Positions 31,686-41,053 of a stretch of 64,000 nucleotides of DNA are shown here, in pieces. Every line of letters starts with the position of its first letter. Position 1 is the first letter of the stretch. The translations under genes were made by a program, and so were the position numbers. Under the pieces are notes generated by a model, which ran no database searches, was not told the DNA's origin, and saw only the letters and a program-made list of their open reading frames with translations. This DNA comes from an uncultured Acidobacteriaceae bacterium (GTDB taxonomy: Bacteria; Acidobacteriota; Terriglobia; Terriglobales; Acidobacteriaceae), in contig CAVYFF010000001.1 of the NCBI GenBank assembly GCA_963767745.1, positions 116,614 to 180,613 on the forward strand, in the 5' to 3' direction.

Positions 31686-32099
31686 TCAGACCGGTTGAGT
31701 GCGGGGTTCGTTCAGTGTCAGCAGGATTGCAGCAGCGGACGCGGCAAACACTGAGTAGTCCAGGGGCGACTTGGCGCCGAAGGAAATAGCCATCGCCGTA
31801 CCGAAGAGCACGAGCAGAAGGGCACTTGCCAGAGCCGTCCAGCGTGGCCAAATTCCAATCAGCAACAAGACGCCGAGAACCAATTCCGCAACCGTGGCAG
31901 CCCAGGCGAGGAAACGAATGGAGGAGGCCGGCATGAAGGAGTTCACCTTCGCCGTGTATGCGATGAATCCAGCAAAATTTCCGTATCCTACATTCCGGCC
32001 ACGCCACAAGCCGAATCGATCGGCGATCCCAGACAAGAAGCCGGTTGCAAGCGTGACCCGGGCATACAGAAACGCCAGCCTTCTCATGTTCGGGTTCAT
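31686..32099 (-). CDS. DoxX-family membrane protein
   Basis: 137-aa ORF with 4 predicted TM helices and an AATVAELVLGVLLLIG motif. It has a 4-bp ATGA overlap with the cupin gene. Confidence 0.7.
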   Translation of the reverse strand: MNPNMRRLAFLYARVTLATGFLSGIADRFGLWRGRNVGYGNFAGFIAYTAKVNSFMPASSIRFLAWAATVAELVLGVLLLIGIWPRWTALASALLLVLFGTAMAISFGAKSPLDYSVFAASAAAILLTLNEPRTQPV

Positions 32100-32539
32100 G
32101 GCTTGCCCTCCATTGGAACCTTTACAGAGAGAGGCCCCGAATGATCGCAGATGAAATACGCCAGGAAGGTCGCCAGTTCCTTCTTGCTTGCATTCGCTGA
32201 AACCATGTGAATGCCGTTGGGCGCCTCATAGAAACTGTCTCCAACCCGATAGATGGACTCAGTGCCACCCTTCACCTGCATCCGCACCGCGCCTTTCAGA
32301 ACGTAACCAATCACCGGGCAGGGATGGCTGTGGGGTGTTGACGAGCCGCCCGGCGGATAGGTCACCTCCACCGTGGTCACCTGCAAGTGGGCCGCGTCCA
32401 TCTGCGGCAAAGCCTGGGAAAACACGGTCCGAACTCGAGCCTCAGGGGGCGGGCCGTCGGCAGCGGCTACGCTCGTACCAGGGAGACTCCAGCACAGGGA
32501 ACCGAGTACAACGGCGAGAAGAGGTGATCGTTTCTTCAT
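32096..32539 (-). CDS. secreted cupin-domain protein
   Basis: 147-aa ORF with a signal peptide and the cupin motifs PPGGSSTPHSHPCPVIGYVLKG and GDSFYEAPNGIH. Confidence 0.7.
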   Translation of the reverse strand: MKKRSPLLAVVLGSLCWSLPGTSVAAADGPPPEARVRTVFSQALPQMDAAHLQVTTVEVTYPPGGSSTPHSHPCPVIGYVLKGAVRMQVKGGTESIYRVGDSFYEAPNGIHMVSANASKKELATFLAYFICDHSGPLSVKVPMEGKP

Positions 32540-32557
32540 GCCAACAGGCTAGCAAGA

Positions 32558-32606
32558 AGTGGTACTGTCCAGTAGGGCCACTTGTGGCAAATTACGCTGT
32601 ACCACT
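32558..32606. promoter_or_regulatory. inverted 8-mers AGTGGTAC ... GTACCACT flanking CCACTTGTGG, in the MocR/cupin divergent region
   Basis: Read directly. The second arm ends 1 nt before the MocR ATG. It is a candidate MocR binding region only. Confidence 0.3.
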
Positions 32607-32607
32607 T

Positions 32608-34098
32608 ATGCGCAGCGCTCCCTACAATTTGACACTGCCATCGCGGGAAGCGAAGATCCCGGCCTTTCGCTGGCTCTACGGGGCTCTGCGCGCCGACATT
32701 CTGAGCGGCCGTTTGCGTCCTGGTTCGAGGCTGCCCGCGACGCGAGATCTGGCCGGGCAATATGGGCTCTCCCGCGGAACCGTAGTCAGCGCATTCGAAG
32801 AGTTGAAGTCGGAGGGTTACCTGCATGGAAGCAGAGGATCAGGTACCTACGTAAGCAGTGTTTTACCGGAACACCTGCTGCAGGTGGCTCCAAAACTCAA
32901 ACAGACGGTCCTCAAGCAAAAGTTCCTCGTGAGAAAACAGCGGCCGCGCCAACTCTCCGCCTATGGAGTACGCGTGGAGGCGTTCCCAAACCTGGAAAGC
33001 CGCCCGACCCGAGCCTTTCGCGCCAACCTGCCTGCCCTCGATCTATTCCCCACCAGGATCTGGACACGGATCGCGGAACGCCGTTTACGAAACCTTTCCA
33101 TGCCGCAATTGCTGGGCTGCGACACGCTCGGCTATTCCCCGCTGCGGACTGCCATCGCCGACTATCTGAACACTTCGCGGGGAACGCAATGTAAGCCGGA
33201 GCAGGTCATGATCGTCTCCGGAACGCAGGAGGCGCTTGACCTCGTAGGACGGCTGATTCTCGATCCCGGCGATCCGGTGTGCCTGGAGGATCCGGGATAT
33301 CCCGGCGCAGCGATGGCCTTCGAGGCTTTGGGGGCAAAGATCCTTCCCGTGCCTGTGGATGGTGAAGGAATGGAGTTGCCGCGGGTGCGCAAAGCCAAAC
33401 TGGCCTACGTAACACCAGGACATCAATTTCCCGTTGGCACGACCATGAGCCTGCCACGGCGCCTGCAGTTGCTGGAATGGGCTCGCCGTTCGGGTGCTCT
33501 CATCTTCGAGGACGATTACGACAGCGAATTCCGTTATGCTGGCCGGCCCATACCTGCTTTGCAGGGGTTGGATCGGCAGGGCTTGGTGCTTTTCTGCGGA
33601 AGCTTCAGCAAAGTGCTCTTTCCCTCGTTGCGTCTCGGCTATCTGGTGCTCCCACCCGATCTGGTGGAGTACTTTGCCGCCGCAAAGTCTGTCCTGAACC
33701 GGCATGCTGCGCCCTTCGAACAAACGGTGTTATGCGACTTCATTGTCGAGGGCCACTTTGGCCGGCACCTGCGCCGCATGCGTGAAGTCTATGCTGAGCG
33801 CTTGTCGACATTGATGGAAAGCGCGCGGCGGAACCTCGCAGGACTGCTGGAGCTTTCGAGCGTAGAAGCCGGGCTGCAGACCGTGGGTTGGCTACAGCAG
33901 GGAATCGATAGTAAGACCGCGAGGCGGGCAGCAGAGGCCCGTAAGGTGGAAGTCATTCCACTCTCTATTTACAGCCGAGGTCCGATCCGGCGCCAGGGAT
34001 TACAAATGGGTTTTGCCGCGGTTAATGCGCAGGAAATCAAGCGCGGGGTTCACCAACTTGCAATTGTGCTGGAAGAACTTGCAACCGAGCGTCTATGA
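32608..34098 (+). CDS. MocR/GabR-type regulator (GntR HTH fused to aminotransferase-like PLP domain)
   Basis: ORF 32188..34098 trimmed to MRSAPYNL.. because the upstream part overlaps the cupin gene on the opposite strand. The HTH is LPATRDLAGQYGLSRGTVVSAFEELKSEGYL. The fold-type I region includes SFSKVLFPSLRLGY, with the PLP lysine. Confidence 0.85.
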   Translation: MRSAPYNLTLPSREAKIPAFRWLYGALRADILSGRLRPGSRLPATRDLAGQYGLSRGTVVSAFEELKSEGYLHGSRGSGTYVSSVLPEHLLQVAPKLKQTVLKQKFLVRKQRPRQLSAYGVRVEAFPNLESRPTRAFRANLPALDLFPTRIWTRIAERRLRNLSMPQLLGCDTLGYSPLRTAIADYLNTSRGTQCKPEQVMIVSGTQEALDLVGRLILDPGDPVCLEDPGYPGAAMAFEALGAKILPVPVDGEGMELPRVRKAKLAYVTPGHQFPVGTTMSLPRRLQLLEWARRSGALIFEDDYDSEFRYAGRPIPALQGLDRQGLVLFCGSFSKVLFPSLRLGYLVLPPDLVEYFAAAKSVLNRHAAPFEQTVLCDFIVEGHFGRHLRRMREVYAERLSTLMESARRNLAGLLELSSVEAGLQTVGWLQQGIDSKTARRAAEARKVEVIPLSIYSRGPIRRQGLQMGFAAVNAQEIKRGVHQLAIVLEELATERL

Positions 34099-34108
34099 TG
34101 AGTGCCTT

Positions 34109-34615
34109 ATGACTGAGCAGATTTCTGAAGTGTTTCTTTCCGCATCGGTGAAGCGGATGCAGCTTTCCGAAAACGACATCAATCGATGTCTCGATAAGTT
34201 GTCGGATGAGCAGATATGGTGCCGTGGAGCGGACTACGAAAATTCCATCGCTAATCTTCTACTTCACCTTGAAGGCAATCTGCGCCAGTGGTTTCTGCAT
34301 GGCATTGACGGCCAGCCGGATGTGCGTCAACGAGACTCGGAGTTCACGCTCTCTCCTTCCGAGCGATGCGGTGAGATTCGTAGGCGCTTTGCTGCAACCC
34401 TCGCAGAATGCCGAGAAGTGATCGGGTCTCTGCCGCCCGCGCGTTTGCTGGAAATGATCGACCCTCAGCCAACTGGAAACTGGGGCCCGATGACCATCCT
34501 CGAAGCGATCTACCGGATTGTCAGCCACCTGCAATTGCATCAGGGACAGATCATCCTCTTGACCAAACAGCTCATTGCCAGCGACGTGGATCTGTCACTC
34601 CCGCGGAAGCGATAG
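34109..34615 (+). CDS. DinB/DUF1572-like protein
   Basis: ORF 34013..34615 trimmed to MTEQISEVF... It carries the HLEGNLRQW and SHLQLHQGQI histidine motifs of the DinB fold. Confidence 0.65.
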   Translation: MTEQISEVFLSASVKRMQLSENDINRCLDKLSDEQIWCRGADYENSIANLLLHLEGNLRQWFLHGIDGQPDVRQRDSEFTLSPSERCGEIRRRFAATLAECREVIGSLPPARLLEMIDPQPTGNWGPMTILEAIYRIVSHLQLHQGQIILLTKQLIASDVDLSLPRKR

Positions 34616-34619
34616 CGCA

Positions 34620-34800
34620 CCTGCTGTTCATCATCCGCAATACCAAATCTGAATGGAAATGCCGCCCCTCCCTTTGTCATCCCGAGCCAAGCCGAGGGAT
34701 CTGCGGTGCGCCCCTCGGCGCTCCCGAATTCTCCGTCTCAAATCTCAAAGCACAAACAGAAGTGTCATCCCGATCGGACCGCAGTGGAGAGATCCGCGCT
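34620..34800. repeat. family B repeat copies
   Basis: The leader ACCTGCTGTTCATCATCCGCAATA plus TTTGTCATCCCGAGCCAAGCCGAGGGATCTGCGGTGCGCC.. starts at 34620. A second core GTCATCCCGATCGGACCGCAGTGGAGAGATCCGCG is at about 34763. Confidence 0.8.
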
Positions 34801-35034
34801 CAAGCCATTGTAGCGACAAGCGTCGCAGCTTGGACAACTTGATTGGAGCACCGGGCCGGAATTGAACCGGCGAATACTGGTTTTGCAGACCAGCGCGTTA
34901 GCCGCTTCGCCACCGGTGCTCAGCTCGCTCTGCGGGCAAATCCCTCATCAAGGCTGCCCTCAGAGTTTACCTACTTTGCCTGACTGGCAAGATCTTTCTT
35001 TGCCGGGTACCACGTTTCTACCGCCAGGCCGGCC
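34801..35034 (-). repeat. left copy of ~230-bp direct repeat (flank + tRNA-Cys + peroxiredoxin 3' end)
   Basis: Aligns by eye with 43879-44109 with few mismatches or indels. Confidence 0.85.
34844..34919 (-). tRNA. tRNA-Cys(GCA): tRNA-Cys (anticodon GCA)
   Basis: The reverse complement reads GCACCGG-TG-GCGAAGCGGCTAACGC..GGTCTGCAAAACC..GCCGGTTCAATTCCGGC-CCGGTGC-T-CCA. The acceptor, anticodon and T arms pair. U73 and an encoded CCA are present. Confidence 0.85.
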
Positions 35035-35063
35035 CGTACCGTAGCTGTATCTGAGGCTGCCTC
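34971..35063 (-). pseudogene. remnant of 1-Cys peroxiredoxin gene with internal deletion
   Basis: It encodes ..EAASDTATVRA|GLAVETWYPAKKDLASQAK*. The full gene has ..EAASDTATVRAVF.. and ..GAGLAVETWYLAKKDLVSQAK* about 225 nt apart (44331-44361 and 44046-44109). Confidence 0.7.
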
Positions 35064-35085
35064 AAGGATCTGCGGTAGCCCAGGA

Positions 35086-35140
35086 CATCGTCGCCGCACA
35101 GTCAGAACTTGTTTGGAGCACCCGGAGGGAATTGAAGCCG
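35086..35140 (-). other. third partial copy of the tRNA-Cys downstream flank plus a degenerate tRNA 3'-end remnant (att-like)
   Basis: CATCGTCGCCGCACAGTCAGAACTTGTTTGGAGCACC matches 43884-43932. The following CGGAGGGAATTGAAGCCG resembles the T arm, but the stem can no longer pair. Confidence 0.6.
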
Positions 35141-35231
35141 TCGTCAACGCCCATTCACGGTAAGTGTGAGCGTCACAGCGGTTCCCCTGCGACTGGCGTT
35201 CAACGGGCACAGGATTGCGGGCTGGCCACCC

Positions 35232-38200
35232 TCAGGAGGCGGCGGGAATGTTTTCAGAAGCATAGGTCCTCTCGAACCTCAAATCGGGTGCCGGTATCCC
35301 GCTCTTACCCTCAAAAGCGGCATAGACCACCGGCAGCAGCAAGAGCGTGAGCGCCGTGGAACTGACCAGGCCGCCGATAACCACAATCGCCAGCGGACGC
35401 TGAATCTCAGACCCCGGTCCGGTAGCAAAGAGAAACGGCACCAGACCAAGTGCGGCAACGGTAGCTGTCATCATAACCGGCCGGAATCGCAACCGCGTAC
35501 CTTCGCGGATGGCATTCGCCTGTGTCAGCCCCTCCTCACGCAACTTACGAATGTACGACACCAACACCACGCCATTGAGCACAGCAATTCCCCAAAGAGC
35601 GATAAACCCGACCGAAGCGGGAACCGAGAGATACTCGCCGGAAAAAAAGAGTCCGAGTATGCCACCGATCGATGCGAGGGGCACCACTGTAATGATGAGC
35701 GCGGCAAAACGCACCGACTGAAACAGGATGAACAACAGGAAGAAGATCGCGGCAATGGTGATCGGCACAATCACCATCAAGTGGTGCAGGGCACGCTGCA
35801 TGTTGTGAAACTGTCCACCCCATTCGATGTAATATCCGGCGGGCAGCTGGACCTGTTGTTCTACTTTCTCCTGTAGTTCCTTAACGTACCCGCCCAGGTC
35901 GCGGTCCTGCACGTTGACGCCGACGACAATGCGGCGCTTGCCCATGTTGCGATTGATGAGCGCGGGCCCTTCGACCACCTTCACACGCGACAGGTCTTTC
36001 AATGCTATACGCGGTCCGTCCGGCGAGCTGATCTGCAATTCGCGAATGTCTTCCACGCTGTCGCGTAGATCCTCCGGCAATCGGACGACGCCGGCGAACC
36101 GGCGCTCTCCTTCATAAATCTCGGTGGCGGCCTTGCCCGCGATCGCGGTTTCGATCACATCGTTTACGTCCGCCGCGTTAAGCCCATAGCGCGCGATGGA
36201 GCCGCGGTCAATGTCGATGGTGAGGTATTGCTGGCCTCCCACGCGGTCAACGCGCGTATCCTGCGTTCCCTCGATGCCGGTCGCTACTTTTGCAATTTGG
36301 TTAGCCTTTTCGACCAGCGTATCCAAATCATCGCCGTAGAGCATGACGGCGACATCGGCCCGCACCCCGGAAACCATCTCGTCCACCCGGTCGCTGATCG
36401 GCTGCGACATCACCAGGTTGATGCCGGGCAAAGCCGTGAGCCGTTCACGGATCTGCTCCGCAATGCTGTCCTGGGTCATGCCACGCGGCCGCTTGTCATG
36501 AGGAGTAAGCGAGGCGAGCACGTCGGCCTCATTGGCACCGGCTGGATCGGCAGGCGACTCGCCGCGGCCTAAACGCGAGACCACATTTTTTACCCCGGGT
36601 ACCTGTAGCATCAGGACCTGCATTTCCTTCTCCATCTTGAGCGATTCCTCAAGCGAGATGTTAGGCACACGATCGGCGTTGGGCGAGAGCGTGCCCTCCT
36701 GCATTTCCGGGATGAACGACGTACCCAGCAGGGGAACGAGAAACAGCGCGCCGCAGAAGGCAGCGATGACCGCAATGACCGTAATCTTGCGATGCGTCAT
36801 CGCCCAACCTAATAAAGCCTCATAGGGTTTGCGCAGGAGGCGGACGAGCCAGGTGTCTTCTTCGGAGCCACCCTTCAGCAGGTACGAAGAAAGTACCGGC
36901 GAAAGCGTGAGCGAGAGCACGAGCGAGATAGCCAGCGCGATGGCAATCGTGTACGCCAGTGGGGCGAACAACTTGCCTTCCATTCCTTCCAGGGTCATCA
37001 GAGGCAGGAAAACGAGGATGATAATGGTCACGCCGAAGAGCACCGGCGTCGCCACCTCTTTCACCGCCAAAAGCACCACGTGCAGCCTGGCGAACGTATC
37101 TCCCGGGCGCTGATCGTGCTTGGCGTGGCTCAGCCGCGCAAATATGTTCTCTACCACGACGACAGACCCGTCCACCATCAGCCCGATCGCGATGGCGAGA
37201 CCGCCCAGGGACATAAGATTCGCTGACAAGCCGACGCCATTCATCACCAGGAAAGTGAGCAGCGGCGTCAGCACAAGATTCGCGCTGACGATGAGGCTGG
37301 AGCGCAGATCGCCAAGAAAAAGAACCAGCACTACCACCACCAACAGCACGCCCTCGCCTAGCACTTCGGTCACGGTGTGGATGGCAGCATCTACCAGTTC
37401 CGAGCGGTCGTAATAGGGAACGATCTGCAGCCCGCCCGGAATCATGTTTTTGCGATTGATTTCCGCCACGCGCTCTTTTACCTGGCCGACAATCTCTTTG
37501 GCATTGCCACCGCTGGTCATCAGCACCACGCCACCCACGGCCTCGGTATAGCCGTTCTTCATCATGGCCCCGTAACGGACTTCTGTGCCGATGCGCACCT
37601 CAGCCACGTCGCGAATGTAAACCGGTGTGCCCCCGGTCTCGGTGAGCACAATATTTCGAATGTCATCGAGACCACGCACCAGCCCAACGCTGCGGATAAG
37701 ATACTGCTCTGCATGCTGGCGCAAAACACCACCGCCGGCGTTGGCGTTATTTTGTGCCAGGGCGTCGCGCACATTATTGATGGTCAGGTTGTAGTAGTGC
37801 AGCTTCTGCGGATCAACCAACGTTTCGTATTGCTTGACGAAGCCGCCGGTGGAGTTGATTTCCGCGACTCCAGGAATGGAGCGCAATAACGGACGCACCA
37901 CCCAGTCCTGCAAGGTCCGCCGCTCAATAAGTTCGTCGCGGGTGAGCGGGCGATGCGCGGCACTTTCGTTTGCCACCTCGAGCGTGTATTGGTAGACCTC
38001 GCCCAACGCGTTGGTGATAGGCCCGAGCACCGGCGTGACGCCCACCGGCATTCTGTCGCGCAGTTCCGACAAGCGTTCCGAAATCATCTGCCGTTCGCGG
38101 AAAAGATCGCTCGAGTCTGTGAACACCAGCGTGATCAAAGACAGACCGGGCTTGTTGAGCGAGCGCATATCAGTCATGCCGGGCAAACCGGTCATGGCAA

Positions 38201-38411
38201 TTTCAATCGGAATGGTAACGAAACGCTCCACCTCTTCTGGAGACTTCCCCGTGGCCTCGGTGGCGATCTGCACCTGGATATTGGCCACATCGGGAAAGGC
38301 ATCCACGGACAGATGTTCTGCCGCGTTGATTCCGAATCCCACCAGCACCAGGGCAACGACGACCAGGATAAGCCGCTGCCGCAAAGCTCCTGCAATGATG
38401 GAGTGCAGCAT
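35232..38411 (-). CDS. czcA: CzcA/CusA-type heavy-metal efflux RND permease
   Basis: Intact 1059-aa ORF. The N-terminus MLHSIIAGALRQRLILVVVALVLVGFG..AFPDVANIQVQI and the overall layout are typical of the HME-RND family. Confidence 0.9.
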   Translation of the reverse strand: MLHSIIAGALRQRLILVVVALVLVGFGINAAEHLSVDAFPDVANIQVQIATEATGKSPEEVERFVTIPIEIAMTGLPGMTDMRSLNKPGLSLITLVFTDSSDLFRERQMISERLSELRDRMPVGVTPVLGPITNALGEVYQYTLEVANESAAHRPLTRDELIERRTLQDWVVRPLLRSIPGVAEINSTGGFVKQYETLVDPQKLHYYNLTINNVRDALAQNNANAGGGVLRQHAEQYLIRSVGLVRGLDDIRNIVLTETGGTPVYIRDVAEVRIGTEVRYGAMMKNGYTEAVGGVVLMTSGGNAKEIVGQVKERVAEINRKNMIPGGLQIVPYYDRSELVDAAIHTVTEVLGEGVLLVVVVLVLFLGDLRSSLIVSANLVLTPLLTFLVMNGVGLSANLMSLGGLAIAIGLMVDGSVVVVENIFARLSHAKHDQRPGDTFARLHVVLLAVKEVATPVLFGVTIIILVFLPLMTLEGMEGKLFAPLAYTIAIALAISLVLSLTLSPVLSSYLLKGGSEEDTWLVRLLRKPYEALLGWAMTHRKITVIAVIAAFCGALFLVPLLGTSFIPEMQEGTLSPNADRVPNISLEESLKMEKEMQVLMLQVPGVKNVVSRLGRGESPADPAGANEADVLASLTPHDKRPRGMTQDSIAEQIRERLTALPGINLVMSQPISDRVDEMVSGVRADVAVMLYGDDLDTLVEKANQIAKVATGIEGTQDTRVDRVGGQQYLTIDIDRGSIARYGLNAADVNDVIETAIAGKAATEIYEGERRFAGVVRLPEDLRDSVEDIRELQISSPDGPRIALKDLSRVKVVEGPALINRNMGKRRIVVGVNVQDRDLGGYVKELQEKVEQQVQLPAGYYIEWGGQFHNMQRALHHLMVIVPITIAAIFFLLFILFQSVRFAALIITVVPLASIGGILGLFFSGEYLSVPASVGFIALWGIAVLNGVVLVSYIRKLREEGLTQANAIREGTRLRFRPVMMTATVAALGLVPFLFATGPGSEIQRPLAIVVIGGLVSSTALTLLLLPVVYAAFEGKSGIPAPDLRFERTYASENIPAAS

Positions 38412-39624
38412 CTAAACGCCTCCCTTGATCGCGTTCTGCTTGCGCTGGTTATTCAGGTGGAACGCGCCGTCGGTGACGATGTGTTCATCCTGCCCGATGC
38501 CGCTGAGCACAATGCGGCGATCATTCTCCTCATCTCCCAGCGAAACCTGGCGCAGCGCATAGGTCCGGGGGCCGTTCTGCACGAATACGTAATCCTGGTT
38601 GTCTTCTCGTACGATGGCAGCGTTGGGCACAGTGAGTTTGTGATCCGCGTGGCCGGTCAGCACCATGGTGGCCAGTTCGATCCGGCTTCAATAAGCCGTC
38701 AGCGTTGGCCACGTCCATGCGGACCTCCACCGTACGCGTGGCTGGGTCGACAATCGGTGAAACAAAGGCAAGGTGCCCGCTCATTCCCTGTTGCAAGAGA
38801 GCGGGAATGCGCACCTGGACCTCCATATCCTTCCGCAGTTGGCCTGCATCTTCCTCCGGTACATTGGCCACGATCCACACGCTGGAGAGATCGGCAATGG
38901 TAAAGGCGGGATCAGATGGCTGCACCACTTGACCGACAGTGATCTCGCGTTTCAGCACCGTGCCGCTTCTTGGGGTAACGATGGGGTATTCCGCGCTTAG
39001 CTTGCGGCTGCTTTCCAATTGCCGAATCTGCGGTTCTGTCATCCCAAGCCCGCGCAGTTGGGTGCGGCATGACTCCACTTCGGTGTTCGCCTGTAATAGC
39101 TCTGCCCGGCGGCGCTCAAGCTCGGCACGGCCAATCACATCAGCTTCCACCAGTTGTTCGGCTCGGTTTTCTGAAGCCTCAGCGAGACCGCGTTGCGATG
39201 CGGCTTTGATGAGCGCACGTTGGGTATCTGACAAATCGGTACTGTGCAGCATGGCCAGGGCGGTGCCCGCCTTCACTTTTTGGCCCTCGAACACAAGCAG
39301 TTCGAGAATGCGCCCTGAAACCGGGGAGCCCACGCGGGCGATGCGCCGCGCATCCGTCTCCACGTGTGCGGCCACTTGCAACGTGCCGTCGACTTCCGTC
39401 AATTCAGGCGTGCCAAATTTAAGGTTTTGCGCCAGCGCCGGGGTGATCGCTACCTCGTTCGGATTTGCTTTCGGGTCTGCCGTCCTCTCGGCCGCGCTGG
39501 CCTTTTGTTTCCCCTTGCAGCCCTGGGTTGCCACCAGAAGCAACATAAGAAGCAACAGTGCCCCATAACGATGGCGCGTTCCACGGCCTGGGAAATGTGG
39601 CAGGGAACAAAGTAGATCGATCAT
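38412..39624 (-). pseudogene. czcB: CzcB-type RND adaptor (MFP), one frameshift near 38675
   Basis: ORF 38530..39624 (..VEVRMDVANADGLLKPD) continues as ELATMVLTGHADHKLTVPNAAIV.. in ORF 38412..38666. It has an ATGA overlap with czcC and its stop abuts the czcA start. Confidence 0.8.
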
Positions 39625-41026
39625 CAGGGTTTCGCTCCGGGCGCAATGGCGCCGAGTTCTTCCAAATCCACCAGCGCCGACTGGCGCGCGAACTGCGCAT
39701 CCACAAGGTCGCCACGAACGCTTTGCAGCACCCTCTGCGCATCGAGTACTTCGACAATGCCGCGCTCGCCAAAACGATAGGCAGCCTTGGCCGCGTCCAC
39801 CGCGCTCACTGCAGCGCGCAGCGAGCCGGACTCAAGCGAAGTGACCTGCTGATCGGCCAGCTGATATTGCTCGTAGGCCCGCTCCAGCGCCGAAATAAGT
39901 TCGAGCGTTCTCTGGTAAAGCACAGAGCCGACTGAGAAGTTGCGGCTTTCGCCTCGCCTATCTGTCCCTGCCGTCGATCCCACAAGGGAATCGGCACGGT
40001 GACTCCCGTGCGCCAGAAACGAAGGTCGGGTTGGTTCTCGAACTCAGCAAATGCGATGGGTTGGGGGATGCGCAGAGCCCGTTCACGATCGAGCGTAGCG
40101 AGCTTTGCCTGAATTTCAGCCTGCGACGCGGCTAAGGCGGGGTGGATCTGCATCACGTGTTCCCTTAGCTGCTTGAGCGGTGGCAGCGTAATGCGCCCCT
40201 CAAACTCGCCCTGAGGGTCGAGCTGTGCGTCTCCGTCCCCGGCAATCGCGACCCGCAGCAGCGCAATCGCATTGGCGAACTCAAGTTGTGCGCTCGTGAC
40301 CGCAAACCGTGCACGGCCTAGTTCGGCCTCGGCCCGGGTTAACTCCAGCCGGCCTTCTTCGCCGACGTTGACAGACACCTCCACTCGCCGTCGCAGGTCT
40401 TCCACCAGTAGCAGGTTCTCCTGTGCGTGGCCGATCTCTTCGCGGCGCCGGAGCGCATTGTAGAAAGCATGTTTCACATCGCCCACGACGGACAACATCA
40501 CTGACTGTTGCGCCGACTGGCTACCCACCACGGAGTACTGCGCAGCGCGCTGGCGTGCACGGCGCTCAGACGGAATCTCGATGGTCTGATAGGCGGCATA
40601 ATGCTGCAGCAGGCCCGGGAGGCCGGGGATTGCCACTGGCCTTGCATATTGCTGGCCTTCGTAAACTTCCAGGCTGGGATTGGTATACGCGTGGGCCACG
40701 CGGGCTGCGGCCGCGGCGCGCTGAGTCACCGCAGAAGCCTCCTGCAGTCTGGGGTGATTGCGCTGTGCCCTGGCAATGGCGTCCGCCAAGGTGAGGCCCA
40801 GAGGTTTCTCGGTGGCCGGAGCAGCGGCGAGCGTCTCGGTTTCCTGGAGAAGAAAAGGAGCCTGAAGACGCGGAGCCGGAGGAAACTTGCTTGCAATGGG
40901 TAGCCGGCTCGAGTCAGTTGCGACCTGTCCGAGCGAGGCTGGGGACGGAGCCTGAGGCAACGACTGTCCCCAAAGAAGGCAACATGGCACAAACATCAGA
41001 AATAGAATCGATCTGCAAGGTGTCAC
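39624..41026 (-). pseudogene. czcC: CzcC/TolC-type outer membrane factor, one frameshift near 39950
   Basis: ORF 39806..41026 (..WDRRQGQIGEAKAA) continues as ..LYQRTLELISALERAYEQYQLADQQV.. in ORF 39624..39983. Confidence 0.75.
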
Positions 41027-41037
41027 GCCGTGGTCTA

Positions 41038-41053
41038 TGCAATTGGCTGGCCA
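41038..41053 (-). promoter_or_regulatory. candidate sigma-54 (-24/-12) promoter TGGCCA-N5-TTGCA upstream of czcC
   Basis: The minus strand reads TTTGGCCAGCCAATTGCATAG. GG and GC have the canonical spacing of TGGCAC-N5-TTGCW. A sigma-54 activator gene lies divergent and adjacent. The -12 element is only about 12 nt from the annotated GTG, so the true start or 5' end is uncertain. Confidence 0.45.

Noticed and set aside
32188-32607. N-terminal 140 codons of the 636-aa ORF for the MocR regulator
   Set aside because: This part overlaps the cupin gene on the opposite strand and is Pro/Arg/Ser-rich. The GntR HTH begins right after the internal ATG at 32608.
35114-35190. Possible fourth tRNA, beginning TGGAGCACCCGGAGGGAATTGAAGCC
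   Set aside because: Only the 3' acceptor and part of the T-loop resemble tRNA-Cys. The T stem (ACGGC vs CCCTC) cannot pair, and no anticodon arm follows. It is treated as a remnant.
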